Source: Verrucomicrobiaceae bacterium
GTDB lineage: Bacteria > Verrucomicrobiota > Verrucomicrobiia > Verrucomicrobiales > Akkermansiaceae
NCBI GenBank assembly: GCA_051252135.1
Contig: JBPOGH010000004.1
Coordinates: forward strand, 64,001-128,000
DNA: 64,000 bases
Reading direction: 5' to 3'
Below are positions 37,257 through 45,918 of the stretch, one piece after another. Each line of letters opens with the position of its first letter. Within the stretch, counting starts at the first letter, position 1. Made by a program: the position numbers and the translations under genes. The notes beneath the pieces were generated by a model. That model did no database searches. It had not been told where the DNA came from and saw only the letters and a program-made list of their open reading frames with translations.

Positions 37257-40200
37257 TCAGGGTTGGGGGGAGAATTTGAGGCGGTAGAATTTGTGTTGCC
37301 GGGCGGAGAAGGGAATGTCGACGCGGTAGGTTTCAGAGCGGGACTGATCGGGGTTGAGGATGGCGGGGAGGATGGTGACGTCTGTTGGATTGACCGGGGT
37401 CCAGGTGGAGAGGTTGTCAGAGGTCTCGACGATGGTGATGACGGGGAGGTCGAAGGGGGAGCGCTGGAAGTGGAGGGTGGGGTATTGTTCTTCGCCGATT
37501 TGGGTTACGGAGGAGAAAGGGTAGGTGACGCTGCTGTTTGCGAGGGGGGAGGAGCCAAAGATGAACTCGTGGTAGTTGGTGAGTCCGTCGCGGTCGGGGT
37601 CGGCATCATAGGCACCTGCGGCGGTGATTTGGGCGGGGGTGAAGTTGTGTTCGGTCCAGGCGGCGTAGTCGAAGACGAGGGGTTGGTTGTTGAGGTAGCC
37701 GCCGAAGTGGGTGGAGCAGGTCCAGTTTGAAGGGGTTGCGTGGTCCGGGTTGGAGTTGGGATTAAGGAGGATGAGGGAGTGGCCGGGGCCATCGGCGCAG
37801 ACGGGCCAGGGGGCATCGTCGAGGTAGGTGAAGTTCCGGATGGTGAGGGGAGAGGCTCCGCCACGGGAGAGGGTGATGGTTTCCATGCTGTTGGAGAGGG
37901 TGCCGGAGTATTCTCCGATGAGGGCGAGGCGGTTGCCGTAGCGGAGGCTGAAGGCGGCGGAATTTGAGGCGAGGATGATGCGTTCGCCGGGGGCGAGTTC
38001 GGTTTTTGAGCTGGTGGAGAAATCGAAGTTCATGGCGCCGCTGAAGATGAGTTCGTCGAGGGCGATGACGTTGGTGGGGGAGGTGTTGAGGAGTTCGATG
38101 AACTCGAAGTCATCCTGATCGTTGAAGCCGGCGGCGAGTTCGGCTGCGGTGGGTGCGGGCGGGTGGTAGAGGAACTCGGAGATGACGAGATTGGAGGGTG
38201 AGGGGTCGGTGAGTTCGACGGAGAAAGTGGCTTCGGTGAGAGCGCTCCAGGTGCTGCCGTTTCGGGCGCGGGATTTTACGGTGATGGTGCCTTGGGTGAG
38301 GGTGGCGGGGGAGGAGTAGGATTGGGCGGTGGTGGCGACGTTTCCTCCGAGTTGGCGCGGGTCGGAACCATCGAGGGTGAAGTAGATGGTGCCGCCATTT
38401 GGCGAGGTCATGGAGAGAGAGTAGTTCATGGGGGCGTCGCCACCGTGTTGGCTGAAGTTGACGGGGGCGACGGAGGGCCAGAGGTTGTTGTCGGCGAAGT
38501 CGGTGCGGGAAGGTCCGAAGAGGTAGCGGCGGCGACCGGAGGATGAGGAGGTCCAGTTGGAGAGGAAGTTGAGGTTGACGTTGCCGCCGTGGACGAAGTT
38601 GTAGAGGGGTTGGAATTCGTCGCGGACCTGGAGGGTGGTTTGCCCGAAGGTGGAGTTGTTTCCGAGGCGGTCATCGAGGACGCCGTTGTTGAAGAGATGT
38701 TTGTTGACGCGGTCGGCGAAGATGAGGCGCCATTCGGGAGCTTTGATGAGGCGTTGGAAGAGTTGGGAGAGGGTGTCGTTTTTGGAGAGGAGGTCGGAGG
38801 AGAAGGTGTTGTGATTGACGGGGTTGAAGTATCCTTGGCCCTGGTAGGAGCCTTCGGCATCCCAGACGTAGAGGCGGTATTTTCCTTCAGGGGTGCGCTC
38901 GCGAGCGCCGACCCAGTTGTTTTGAGGCCAATCCCAGGTGGCTCCGTAGATGTTGAGGAGGAAGTAGTCGGCCATGTTGACGGGGTCGAGGTAGGCGAGG
39001 GCGTCCTCCCAGTCGCTTTGGCTGAGGTCGCTATTTCCGTTGCGGTTGAGGATGCCCATCATGGTGTTCCAGGCGGAGATGTCTCCATTGGCGTAATCGT
39101 TCACCTGGCGGACGTCCCATTTTTCATTGCTGTTGTGATGGGTCTGCATGAAGGGTTCGCGGAGGCGTTCGCACATGTTGTAGAAGCCCTTGAAGGAGCC
39201 GTTGATGTAGAGGGAATTGATGATTCCGACGGAGCTCTCCTGGCCCATTTGATCGAAGAGGCGGCGAACGACCTCATCGACGATGAAGGGGTTGGAGATA
39301 TCGTTTTTTCCGGCACGGATGCGGAGCTGCTCGAATTTGGTGGCGGGGTATTGTTGGCCGAGAAAGGGGTAGTCGAGTGAGGCGGGGCCGTAGTCGTCCC
39401 GGAAGTAGAGGTTGAAGGAGGGTTTGTGCTCGGGGGCGGAAGTCCAGGGTGAGGCCGAGGTGTTATTCAGGATGAGGCGTGGGCGGGAGTAGCCGGAGGA
39501 GGAGAGGCGGACTCCGGCATCTTCACGGAAGCCGGGGGTGGCGTCGTTGTGGTAGAACTCGAGGCGGAGCGGGCGTTCGTATTGTTGGCCGCGCATGAGG
39601 GGGATGTTGTAGGAGGAGGGGCCGTTTTCCTGCCATTGGGAGTTGCTGTAGGTTCCGCCCTCGATGGCCATGATGCCGTGGGGTTTGAAGAAGATTTCAC
39701 CTTCCTCTCCGCTGAAGATGAGGGCGGGCGCGGCCTTGAGCCGGGAGTCCTGGCCGATGAGGTAGGTGTGGGTTTTTGATTTGGAGGTGATGAGGCCGGG
39801 CTTGAAGGCACGGGCACGGATGACGTGGCCGGTGTTGTTGTTGATGGTGGTGAGACTGAGGGGGGCAGTGTAGATGATGCCGTTGGTTTCGGTTGGTTCC
39901 GAGCCGTCCTGAGTGTAGCGGATGGTGGCTCCGGGGGTGTTGGAGGTGAGGGTGAGGGTTTGGGTGGAATCGTAGAAGCCGCCGAGGGGGGAGAAGTCCG
40001 GGGCATCGACGCGGTCACTGAGGACGGCTCCGGTATTTTCGTGACCTGGAGTGGGGGTGTCGAAGTAGGCCCAGGTTGAAGAGTTGGGGTCCCAGCCGAA
40101 GGAGTGGGTGGGGTATTGGGAGGGGAAGCCACCGGGGATGGAGACAGTGTTAAACGAGCTATCGGTGAGGATGATTTCTTCACCGGAGGCGGAGAGATTG

Positions 40201-41678
40201 AAGCCGGCGTGGATGGTGTTGCCAGGGCTGTTGAGCTCTTCCTGGTCGTCGGCGAGGATGAGGAGGTATCCTCCGGCGGGGATGGTGGTGCCGGTGGGGA
40301 AGGTCCATTTATCGGGGGCAGCGGAGTCATCGCTGAGCTTCCAGTCGGTGAGGTCAACAGAGGTGGAGCCGATGTTGTGGAGCTCGATCCAATCGGAGAA
40401 GGCGAGTTCTCCTTCGACAGCTGTTGCGCCTCCTCCGGCGGGCTCGGAGGATCCGATGTGGTAGGAGTAGGTGGCGTTTGAGGGAACGAGGGTGGAGGTT
40501 CCATCGCCAAGTTCCATGTAGAGGATGAGGTCGGAGGAGCTGAGGCCGGAGTTGTGGAGCTGTCCGGCGAGGATGTTTTCTCCGACGCGGAGGGCTGAGG
40601 CATCGATGGTGATGGTGGGGGCGGCGAAGGTTCCTCCGCCATCGGTGGTGGCATTGTGGCCACCCTCGGATCCCGAGTCGAAGGGGTAGGGGGTGCCGGG
40701 TGCGCCCATGTTGCCACGGCTGACTTCCTGACCATTGAGGTAGGCGATGTAGCCGTCGTCATAGTCGACTGTGAATTCCAGTTGGGTGATGGCGGCCAGT
40801 TGGGAAGCGGTGAGGTTGAACGAGGTCCTCATATAGACAGACCAGTAGTTGTTTCTCATTCCGGAGAGGTTTGTGCCGAGGGCGTATTGGCCGGAGGAGC
40901 TTGTTTCGTAGCCGATGGGTCCGGGGCCGGCGGCCCATGAGGAGTCGTCGTATTCCGGAGTTCCCCATGGGGCGGTGAGGCTGGCACCGGCCCCTGCGAG
41001 GCTGTAGTCGAACACGCCTCCGGAGGGAGAAATGATGCCGGGGAACCAGGCGCAGGAGTCGCCAGAATTGACGTAGGTGGTGGAGCTGGTGCGGAGGGTG
41101 GCTTTGGCTTTGAGGGTGCCGGAGGAGACCTGATCGTTATGGATCTCGATGGCGAGGACGTTGGTTCCGGTTTGAAGGAATTGGTTGGCTACTCCGATGG
41201 AGATGGTGGTGCCGGTTCCGTTGGCGGAATTGGAGTTGTAGGAGACCTGGTCATGGTAATGAGGGGATCCGGGGGCGGCGGCGTCCATGCGGGCGATCTC
41301 TTTTCCGTTGAGGTAGGCGATGAAGGAATCATCGTAGTCCATGGTGAGCTCGAGGGTCTGTCCGGAAGAGGCTTGGCCGCCGGTGAGAGTGAACTCGTGA
41401 CGGAGATAGAGGGTGGGGGTGATATTTTGAACGGCACTCTGGACGTTGGTGGCGATATCGCCGTAGCCGAAACCGATGGGGGTGGTGCCGGTGTTCCAGT
41501 TTGAGTCATTGAATTCGGCTTCCCACCATTGGATGCCACCGCCAAGACGGGCCACTCCTTGGGCGTCGCGGGTAAAAATACGGTCGTTGGTGTTAGAGTA
41601 GAGCTCGCTGATGATGACCTGTCCGAAGACGGGAGGGGTCAAGAAAAGGCAGAGGAGTGTGAGGAGGGGAGATTTCAT
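37257..41678 (-). CDS. Secreted CotH-kinase-family protein with lamin-tail and Fn3/chitobiase-like domains
   Basis: SDWIELHN and ISEFLYHP..FEFIEL (LTD); IRYTQDGSEP and YFTLDGSDP; CotH K.SFNLYFR, LYING.F.GFY...ER, DWPQNNW, WDAE. Confidence 0.85.
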   Translation of the reverse strand: MKSPLLTLLCLFLTPPVFGQVIISELYSNTNDRIFTRDAQGVARLGGGIQWWEAEFNDSNWNTGTTPIGFGYGDIATNVQSAVQNITPTLYLRHEFTLTGGQASSGQTLELTMDYDDSFIAYLNGKEIARMDAAAPGSPHYHDQVSYNSNSANGTGTTISIGVANQFLQTGTNVLAIEIHNDQVSSGTLKAKATLRTSSTTYVNSGDSCAWFPGIISPSGGVFDYSLAGAGASLTAPWGTPEYDDSSWAAGPGPIGYETSSSGQYALGTNLSGMRNNYWSVYMRTSFNLTASQLAAITQLEFTVDYDDGYIAYLNGQEVSRGNMGAPGTPYPFDSGSEGGHNATTDGGGTFAAPTITIDASALRVGENILAGQLHNSGLSSSDLILYMELGDGTSTLVPSNATYSYHIGSSEPAGGGATAVEGELAFSDWIELHNIGSTSVDLTDWKLSDDSAAPDKWTFPTGTTIPAGGYLLILADDQEELNSPGNTIHAGFNLSASGEEIILTDSSFNTVSIPGGFPSQYPTHSFGWDPNSSTWAYFDTPTPGHENTGAVLSDRVDAPDFSPLGGFYDSTQTLTLTSNTPGATIRYTQDGSEPTETNGIIYTAPLSLTTINNNTGHVIRARAFKPGLITSKSKTHTYLIGQDSRLKAAPALIFSGEEGEIFFKPHGIMAIEGGTYSNSQWQENGPSSYNIPLMRGQQYERPLRLEFYHNDATPGFREDAGVRLSSSGYSRPRLILNNTSASPWTSAPEHKPSFNLYFRDDYGPASLDYPFLGQQYPATKFEQLRIRAGKNDISNPFIVDEVVRRLFDQMGQESSVGIINSLYINGSFKGFYNMCERLREPFMQTHHNSNEKWDVRQVNDYANGDISAWNTMMGILNRNGNSDLSQSDWEDALAYLDPVNMADYFLLNIYGATWDWPQNNWVGARERTPEGKYRLYVWDAEGSYQGQGYFNPVNHNTFSSDLLSKNDTLSQLFQRLIKAPEWRLIFADRVNKHLFNNGVLDDRLGNNSTFGQTTLQVRDEFQPLYNFVHGGNVNLNFLSNWTSSSSGRRRYLFGPSRTDFADNNLWPSVAPVNFSQHGGDAPMNYSLSMTSPNGGTIYFTLDGSDPRQLGGNVATTAQSYSSPATLTQGTITVKSRARNGSTWSALTEATFSVELTDPSPSNLVISEFLYHPPAPTAAELAAGFNDQDDFEFIELLNTSPTNVIALDELIFSGAMNFDFSTSSKTELAPGERIILASNSAAFSLRYGNRLALIGEYSGTLSNSMETITLSRGGASPLTIRNFTYLDDAPWPVCADGPGHSLILLNPNSNPDHATPSNWTCSTHFGGYLNNQPLVFDYAAWTEHNFTPAQITAAGAYDADPDRDGLTNYHEFIFGSSPLANSSVTYPFSSVTQIGEEQYPTLHFQRSPFDLPVITIVETSDNLSTWTPVNPTDVTILPAILNPDQSRSETYRVDIPFSARQHKFYRLKFSPQP

Positions 41679-42048
41679 GGGGGAAAAGACCCTGTAGACC
41701 GAGCAGGTCGGCAGGGTGTTAAAGGGGTGGGGGGTCTTAGAGGTAATTAAGAGGCAACGCGATAGAAAATCTGCGGGGCTTCCCAGGGGGACGGGTGGAT
41801 GATTTGGAGGCTCTTAGGGGAAATCCTCATTTTGTTGGGATCCCACTTGGTTGCCGGAACAGGAAAAAACCATGGACAAGAGGGAGATCGTATTTGTGGT
41901 CAATTGATGAGAGTCAACTGGCTTAAATCATCAAAATGACATCAAAGAACATGAGCCTTGATATTTTGGACTTCTTAAGTAAACTGGGCAATCTTTTGAT
42001 GTTTACGGACATTTGTCATTTCGTTCCGTGTACTCTGAGCTTTAAAAA

Positions 42049-42084
42049 TGGACCTCGGGAGTCCTCTGGTGTACTTTGGTGCCC
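42049..42084 (+). promoter_or_regulatory. dcw promoter with 10-bp-period MraZ-type boxes
   Basis: TGGACC-N17-TACTTT overlapped by tcgggagtcc|tctggtgtac|tttggtgccc. Confidence 0.55.
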
Positions 42085-42110
42085 ACAGAGACACTTTACC
42101 GACTTCATTT

Positions 42111-42572
42111 ATGGCAATTCAGATTCAGGCACAACGCGGCATCGTCGAGCACAAGCTCGATGCGAAGGGCCGTGTTTCGGTGCCGGTGACCTGGAGGCCT
42201 CCCACCGGTCAGTCGGTCTTTCTTCTGCGTGCCACCTCGTATGGTCAACCCGCGTTGCGGGTTCTGAGCGAGGACGCTTTTTCCCAGAAGCTTCAGCAGA
42301 TCGAAGAGGCCGAAGCGTTGACGCCCCGACAGAAGGACAACGCGACGGGGATGCTTTATGCGAATTCGGTAGAAGCCTCGGTGAACGAACAGGGGAAGCT
42401 CCTTGTTCCCAAAGCGTGGGCGGAAGAGCGCGAGCTCACGCTGCCAGGCGCAGTGACACTTGTGGGTCGCGGCAATCATTTCGAAATGCTCAGTCCCGCC
42501 AACGCCGAAGCCATGCAGGCCGCGGAAAAGGCGGAGAACGAAGAGCTCAACCAAATGCTCAATCTTTTCTAA
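42111..42572 (+). CDS. mraZ: Division/cell wall cluster repressor MraZ
   Basis: HKLDAKGRVSVP; second repeat NEQGKLLVP; LVGRGNHFE; position before rsmH. Confidence 0.85.
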   Translation: MAIQIQAQRGIVEHKLDAKGRVSVPVTWRPPTGQSVFLLRATSYGQPALRVLSEDAFSQKLQQIEEAEALTPRQKDNATGMLYANSVEASVNEQGKLLVPKAWAEERELTLPGAVTLVGRGNHFEMLSPANAEAMQAAEKAENEELNQMLNLF

Positions 42573-42601
42573 ACAGAACTATTTTTCACCATGTTGAAAA
42601 C

Positions 42602-43657
42602 ATGACGAATCCTCTTCCCATCCCGGTGTCGCCCGACTTTTGGTGGCTCAGCAGCTTCAACACTTGGCCCCTGCCTTGCGGAGCGACACCGGAGATGGAA
42701 GATTCGCTCATCAACAGAGAGACTCCTGCCGAGAACGGGGAGCAGCAATTTCACCACGATTCCGTTCTTCTTGAGGAAGTGGTCCATTATCTCGCCCCTG
42801 CCAAAGGGAAATTCTACATCGACGGGACTTTAGGTGGCGGCGGTCACACGGAAGCGCTCTTGCGCGATGGCGCGACGGTGAAGGGGATTGATCGTGATGC
42901 GGAGGCTCGTGCGTTTGCGAGCGAGCGGCTGAAGGAATTCGGAGATCGGTTTGAGGCTGTTGCCGGCCGTTACAGTGAGATGTCCAGAATCGCGGCAGAG
43001 CGGGGATGGCCCAAGGCCGATGGCATTTTGTTGGATATTGGAGTGTCGTCCTGGCAGATCGACGCTGCGAAGCGAGGGTTTTCGTTCCGCTTTGACGGCC
43101 CGCTCGACATGCGGATGGGTGAGAGTGAGCAAACCGCTGCGGATATTGTGAATTCGTGGAGCGATGAGGAGTTGGCAAAGATATTCCGGGAGCTAGGGGA
43201 AGAGAAATCGGCTTGGCGCATTGCGCAGTGGATCGTTTCCGAGCGCGAGGAGTCCCCCTTTGAGACGACCCTTCAACTTGCAGAGGGAATCGAGAAATTG
43301 ATTGGGCGTCGTGGCCGAATTCACCCTGCGACCAAGGTTTTTCAGGCCCTGAGGATGGTGGTGAATGATGAACTCGGGGAGTTGGAGACATTTTTACAAA
43401 CTGCCGCGGGGCTGTTGAAGCCGGGTGGCCGATTGGCAATCATCACTTTTCACAGTTTGGAGGACCGGATGGTGAAGCAGAACTTCCGCCAGTGTTCCCA
43501 GGAGACAATTGATCGCCGGGAGTGGCCGGCTCCCCGTCCCAATCCTGACTATTGTTATCGCCTGTTAACTCGAAAAGGAGTTGCGCCTGGCGGCAAAGAA
43601 GTTGAACGCAATGCCCGCGCCCGAAGCTCACGCCTCCGGGTGGTAGAAAGAATCTGA
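42602..43657 (+). CDS. rsmH: 16S rRNA m4C1402 methyltransferase RsmH (start 42602 or 42695)
   Basis: HDSVLLEE; DGTLGGGGH; LLDIGVSS.QID; RGFSF; PLDMRM; HPATKVFQALR..VNDE; FHSLEDR; N.RARS. Confidence 0.93.
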   Translation: MTNPLPIPVSPDFWWLSSFNTWPLPCGATPEMEDSLINRETPAENGEQQFHHDSVLLEEVVHYLAPAKGKFYIDGTLGGGGHTEALLRDGATVKGIDRDAEARAFASERLKEFGDRFEAVAGRYSEMSRIAAERGWPKADGILLDIGVSSWQIDAAKRGFSFRFDGPLDMRMGESEQTAADIVNSWSDEELAKIFRELGEEKSAWRIAQWIVSEREESPFETTLQLAEGIEKLIGRRGRIHPATKVFQALRMVVNDELGELETFLQTAAGLLKPGGRLAIITFHSLEDRMVKQNFRQCSQETIDRREWPAPRPNPDYCYRLLTRKGVAPGGKEVERNARARSSRLRVVERI

Positions 43658-43661
43658 CCTT

Positions 43662-44006
43662 ATGAACCGTCGTCGTCACACCTCCAATCTCAGTGTTCCC
43701 GCCTTGATCGTCCTTCTGGTGGCCGGAATCATTTTGTCCATCGGTGGTGTGACTTACGTGATGGTGAAGAACAAGCAGGTTTCACTGCGCGGCCAGATCA
43801 CCAAAGTGCAGAAGCGGATGGTGGAGCACAACGTGGCGATCACGATGCACAAATCGGACATCGAGCAGGAATTGGGAGTCTTCCAGCTTCGTGAAAAATT
43901 AACTCTGAACAAATCCCAACTTCAATCCATTCCGAAGGGAGTGGTGGAGGTATTGAACCCAACCGAGCCTGACCCACCTGCTTCAGATGCGGTGGCCAAG
44001 CGCTGA
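43662..44006 (+). CDS. FtsL-like cell division protein
   Basis: Basic N-tail, single TM, coiled coil; position between rsmH and ftsI. Confidence 0.65.
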   Translation: MNRRRHTSNLSVPALIVLLVAGIILSIGGVTYVMVKNKQVSLRGQITKVQKRMVEHNVAITMHKSDIEQELGVFQLREKLTLNKSQLQSIPKGVVEVLNPTEPDPPASDAVAKR

Positions 44007-44014
44007 CCGAAACC

Positions 44015-45910
44015 ATGGATAAATCACTTCGTAATCGTGCTGTGTTCGTCTGCCTGGTCCTTGTGGCCGGGCTGACTGCGCTATCAGCCCGGCTACTGGT
44101 GCTGCAATCCTGGGATCGAAAATTTTCCGAGAAAGGCCAGATTAACCGCTTCAAGATGACGGAGGTCCTGCCGGCTTCGCGCGGGTTGGTAGTGGATCGG
44201 CACAAGCAAATTCTCGCGCAGAACCGGCCGGAGGCGACGTTGATTGCGGATGCCAACCATCTTCGATTTGAGGATAATCTGACCTCGGCAGTGACTCACC
44301 GCTATGTCACCCAGCTTCCCGGATGGGAGACTTTTTCCTCCGATGAAAAGCAGAAAAAGTTTCGGGCTACGAAGGCGAGGGTTCGCAAGACGCTGACGGC
44401 TGAGGAGTTGCGTGCCGAACATCTCGACTATGCTCTGGGAGTTTTAGCCCGTGAGTTGCGCACTACGGAAGACGTCCTTCGGGAACGGATTGAGTCGGGA
44501 AAAAAGCGGATCATTGTGATGAAGGAGATTCGCGAGGATCAGGCGCGTCGAATCGAGTCGGAGCTGGAGAAACGGTATATTCAGGGGTTTTCCTTTGATC
44601 GTTCCCAGAAGCGTTTTTACCCCATGCCGGGAATGGCTCCCCACATTGTGGGTTTCGTCAATCACAAGGGAATCGGGCAAGCCGGGATTGAGCGGACGAT
44701 GCAGAAATATCTTCAGGGTCGGCCGGGAGAACGTCAGCTGAAGCGTGATGCCAACGGTCTCGTTCTCCTTACGGAAGCGGCAGCGATCCGTCCTCCCATT
44801 TTGGGGAAACATGTTCAACTTGCGCTGGATATCGGTATTCAGGCGATCGCGGAAGAAGAGCTCCAGTTGGCGATTGATCATTCCAGGGCGAAACGGGGCT
44901 GTATTATCATCGTGGATCCCCATACCGGTGATGTTTTGGCGATGGCCAATCGGCCTCATTACAATCTGAACACCCGGGAGGATTTCCAAGAGGGGGGGCA
45001 GAATTACGCGATGGAAGAGCAGTATGAGGCAGGGTCGGTGATGAAGATTGTGGCGATGTCCACAGCGCTGGACCGCCGGGTGGCAAATCGTAAAAGTGTC
45101 GTACATTGCGGATGGGGAAAGATCGAGCGGCCGGGAATCACGGTGCGGGATCACCACAATTACGGGGATTTGACTTTTGATCAGGTGCTGATGAAGTCGA
45201 GTAACCCGGGGGCCTTTCTGTTCGCGGAGAAGGTGGGGCGCGCCGCTTTTTACGAGTCGCTTGAGAACTTCGGATTTGGTGAGGAGACCGGGTTTCCGCT
45301 TCCCAATGAGGCCTCGGGACGGATTGCGGATCGCTCCAATATGCAGAATTTTGCGACGGCGACCTACGGCTATGGGGTCAGTGTGACCCCCCTGCAGTTG
45401 GCGATGGCGTACAGCGTTCTGGCCAATGGAGGAAAGTTGATGAAGCCAAGGCTGATCAAGTCGGTCATTGCCAACAACGGAATCGTGGTTGAGCGACGCA
45501 AGCCGGTTCTGGTGCGTCAGGTTGTGAACCAAAACACGGCTCGTGAGATGTGTCTTGCGCTGGAGCAGGTTGTTGCCGATGGCACGGGCCGTCGGGCCGC
45601 GATCCCGGGATATCGGGTGGGCGGCAAGACCGGAACGGCATGGAAGTATATTCCCGAGTTGAAGGGGTATGACCAGAATCGCTACACCCTTTCCTTTGCC
45701 GGAATGGTGCCCGCCCACGATCCGAAATTTGTCGCGGTGGTGGTGATTGATGATCCGTCCTTTGATGATCCCGAGGCGCAGATTGGCGGAGGCACGGTGG
45801 CGGCTCCTGTTTTCAAGCGAGTCGCCGAACGAGTGGTGGATTTGCTTAACATCGATCCTACCGAGCCTATCGAACTGAACCCCAGCGAAGTGGCAACCAC
45901 CTCCAACTAA
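44015..45910 (+). CDS. ftsI: Class B penicillin-binding protein (FtsI/PBP3)
   Basis: RG...DR; R.YP; G..GIE; SVMK (SxxK), SSN, KTGT; dcw position. Confidence 0.88.
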   Translation: MDKSLRNRAVFVCLVLVAGLTALSARLLVLQSWDRKFSEKGQINRFKMTEVLPASRGLVVDRHKQILAQNRPEATLIADANHLRFEDNLTSAVTHRYVTQLPGWETFSSDEKQKKFRATKARVRKTLTAEELRAEHLDYALGVLARELRTTEDVLRERIESGKKRIIVMKEIREDQARRIESELEKRYIQGFSFDRSQKRFYPMPGMAPHIVGFVNHKGIGQAGIERTMQKYLQGRPGERQLKRDANGLVLLTEAAAIRPPILGKHVQLALDIGIQAIAEEELQLAIDHSRAKRGCIIIVDPHTGDVLAMANRPHYNLNTREDFQEGGQNYAMEEQYEAGSVMKIVAMSTALDRRVANRKSVVHCGWGKIERPGITVRDHHNYGDLTFDQVLMKSSNPGAFLFAEKVGRAAFYESLENFGFGEETGFPLPNEASGRIADRSNMQNFATATYGYGVSVTPLQLAMAYSVLANGGKLMKPRLIKSVIANNGIVVERRKPVLVRQVVNQNTAREMCLALEQVVADGTGRRAAIPGYRVGGKTGTAWKYIPELKGYDQNRYTLSFAGMVPAHDPKFVAVVVIDDPSFDDPEAQIGGGTVAAPVFKRVAERVVDLLNIDPTEPIELNPSEVATTSN

Positions 45911-45918
45911 ATTTTTTA

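Noticed and set aside
41934..42021. Inverted segments AAATGACA/TGTCATTT upstream of mraZ as an sRNA
   Set aside because: An 8-bp match in AT-rich DNA is plausible by chance; no terminator or other support
41936..42601. 573-aa RsmH ORF apparently overlapping all of mraZ
   Set aside because: The upstream part is an open alternate frame over mraZ with no RsmH similarity; the real start is at or after 42590
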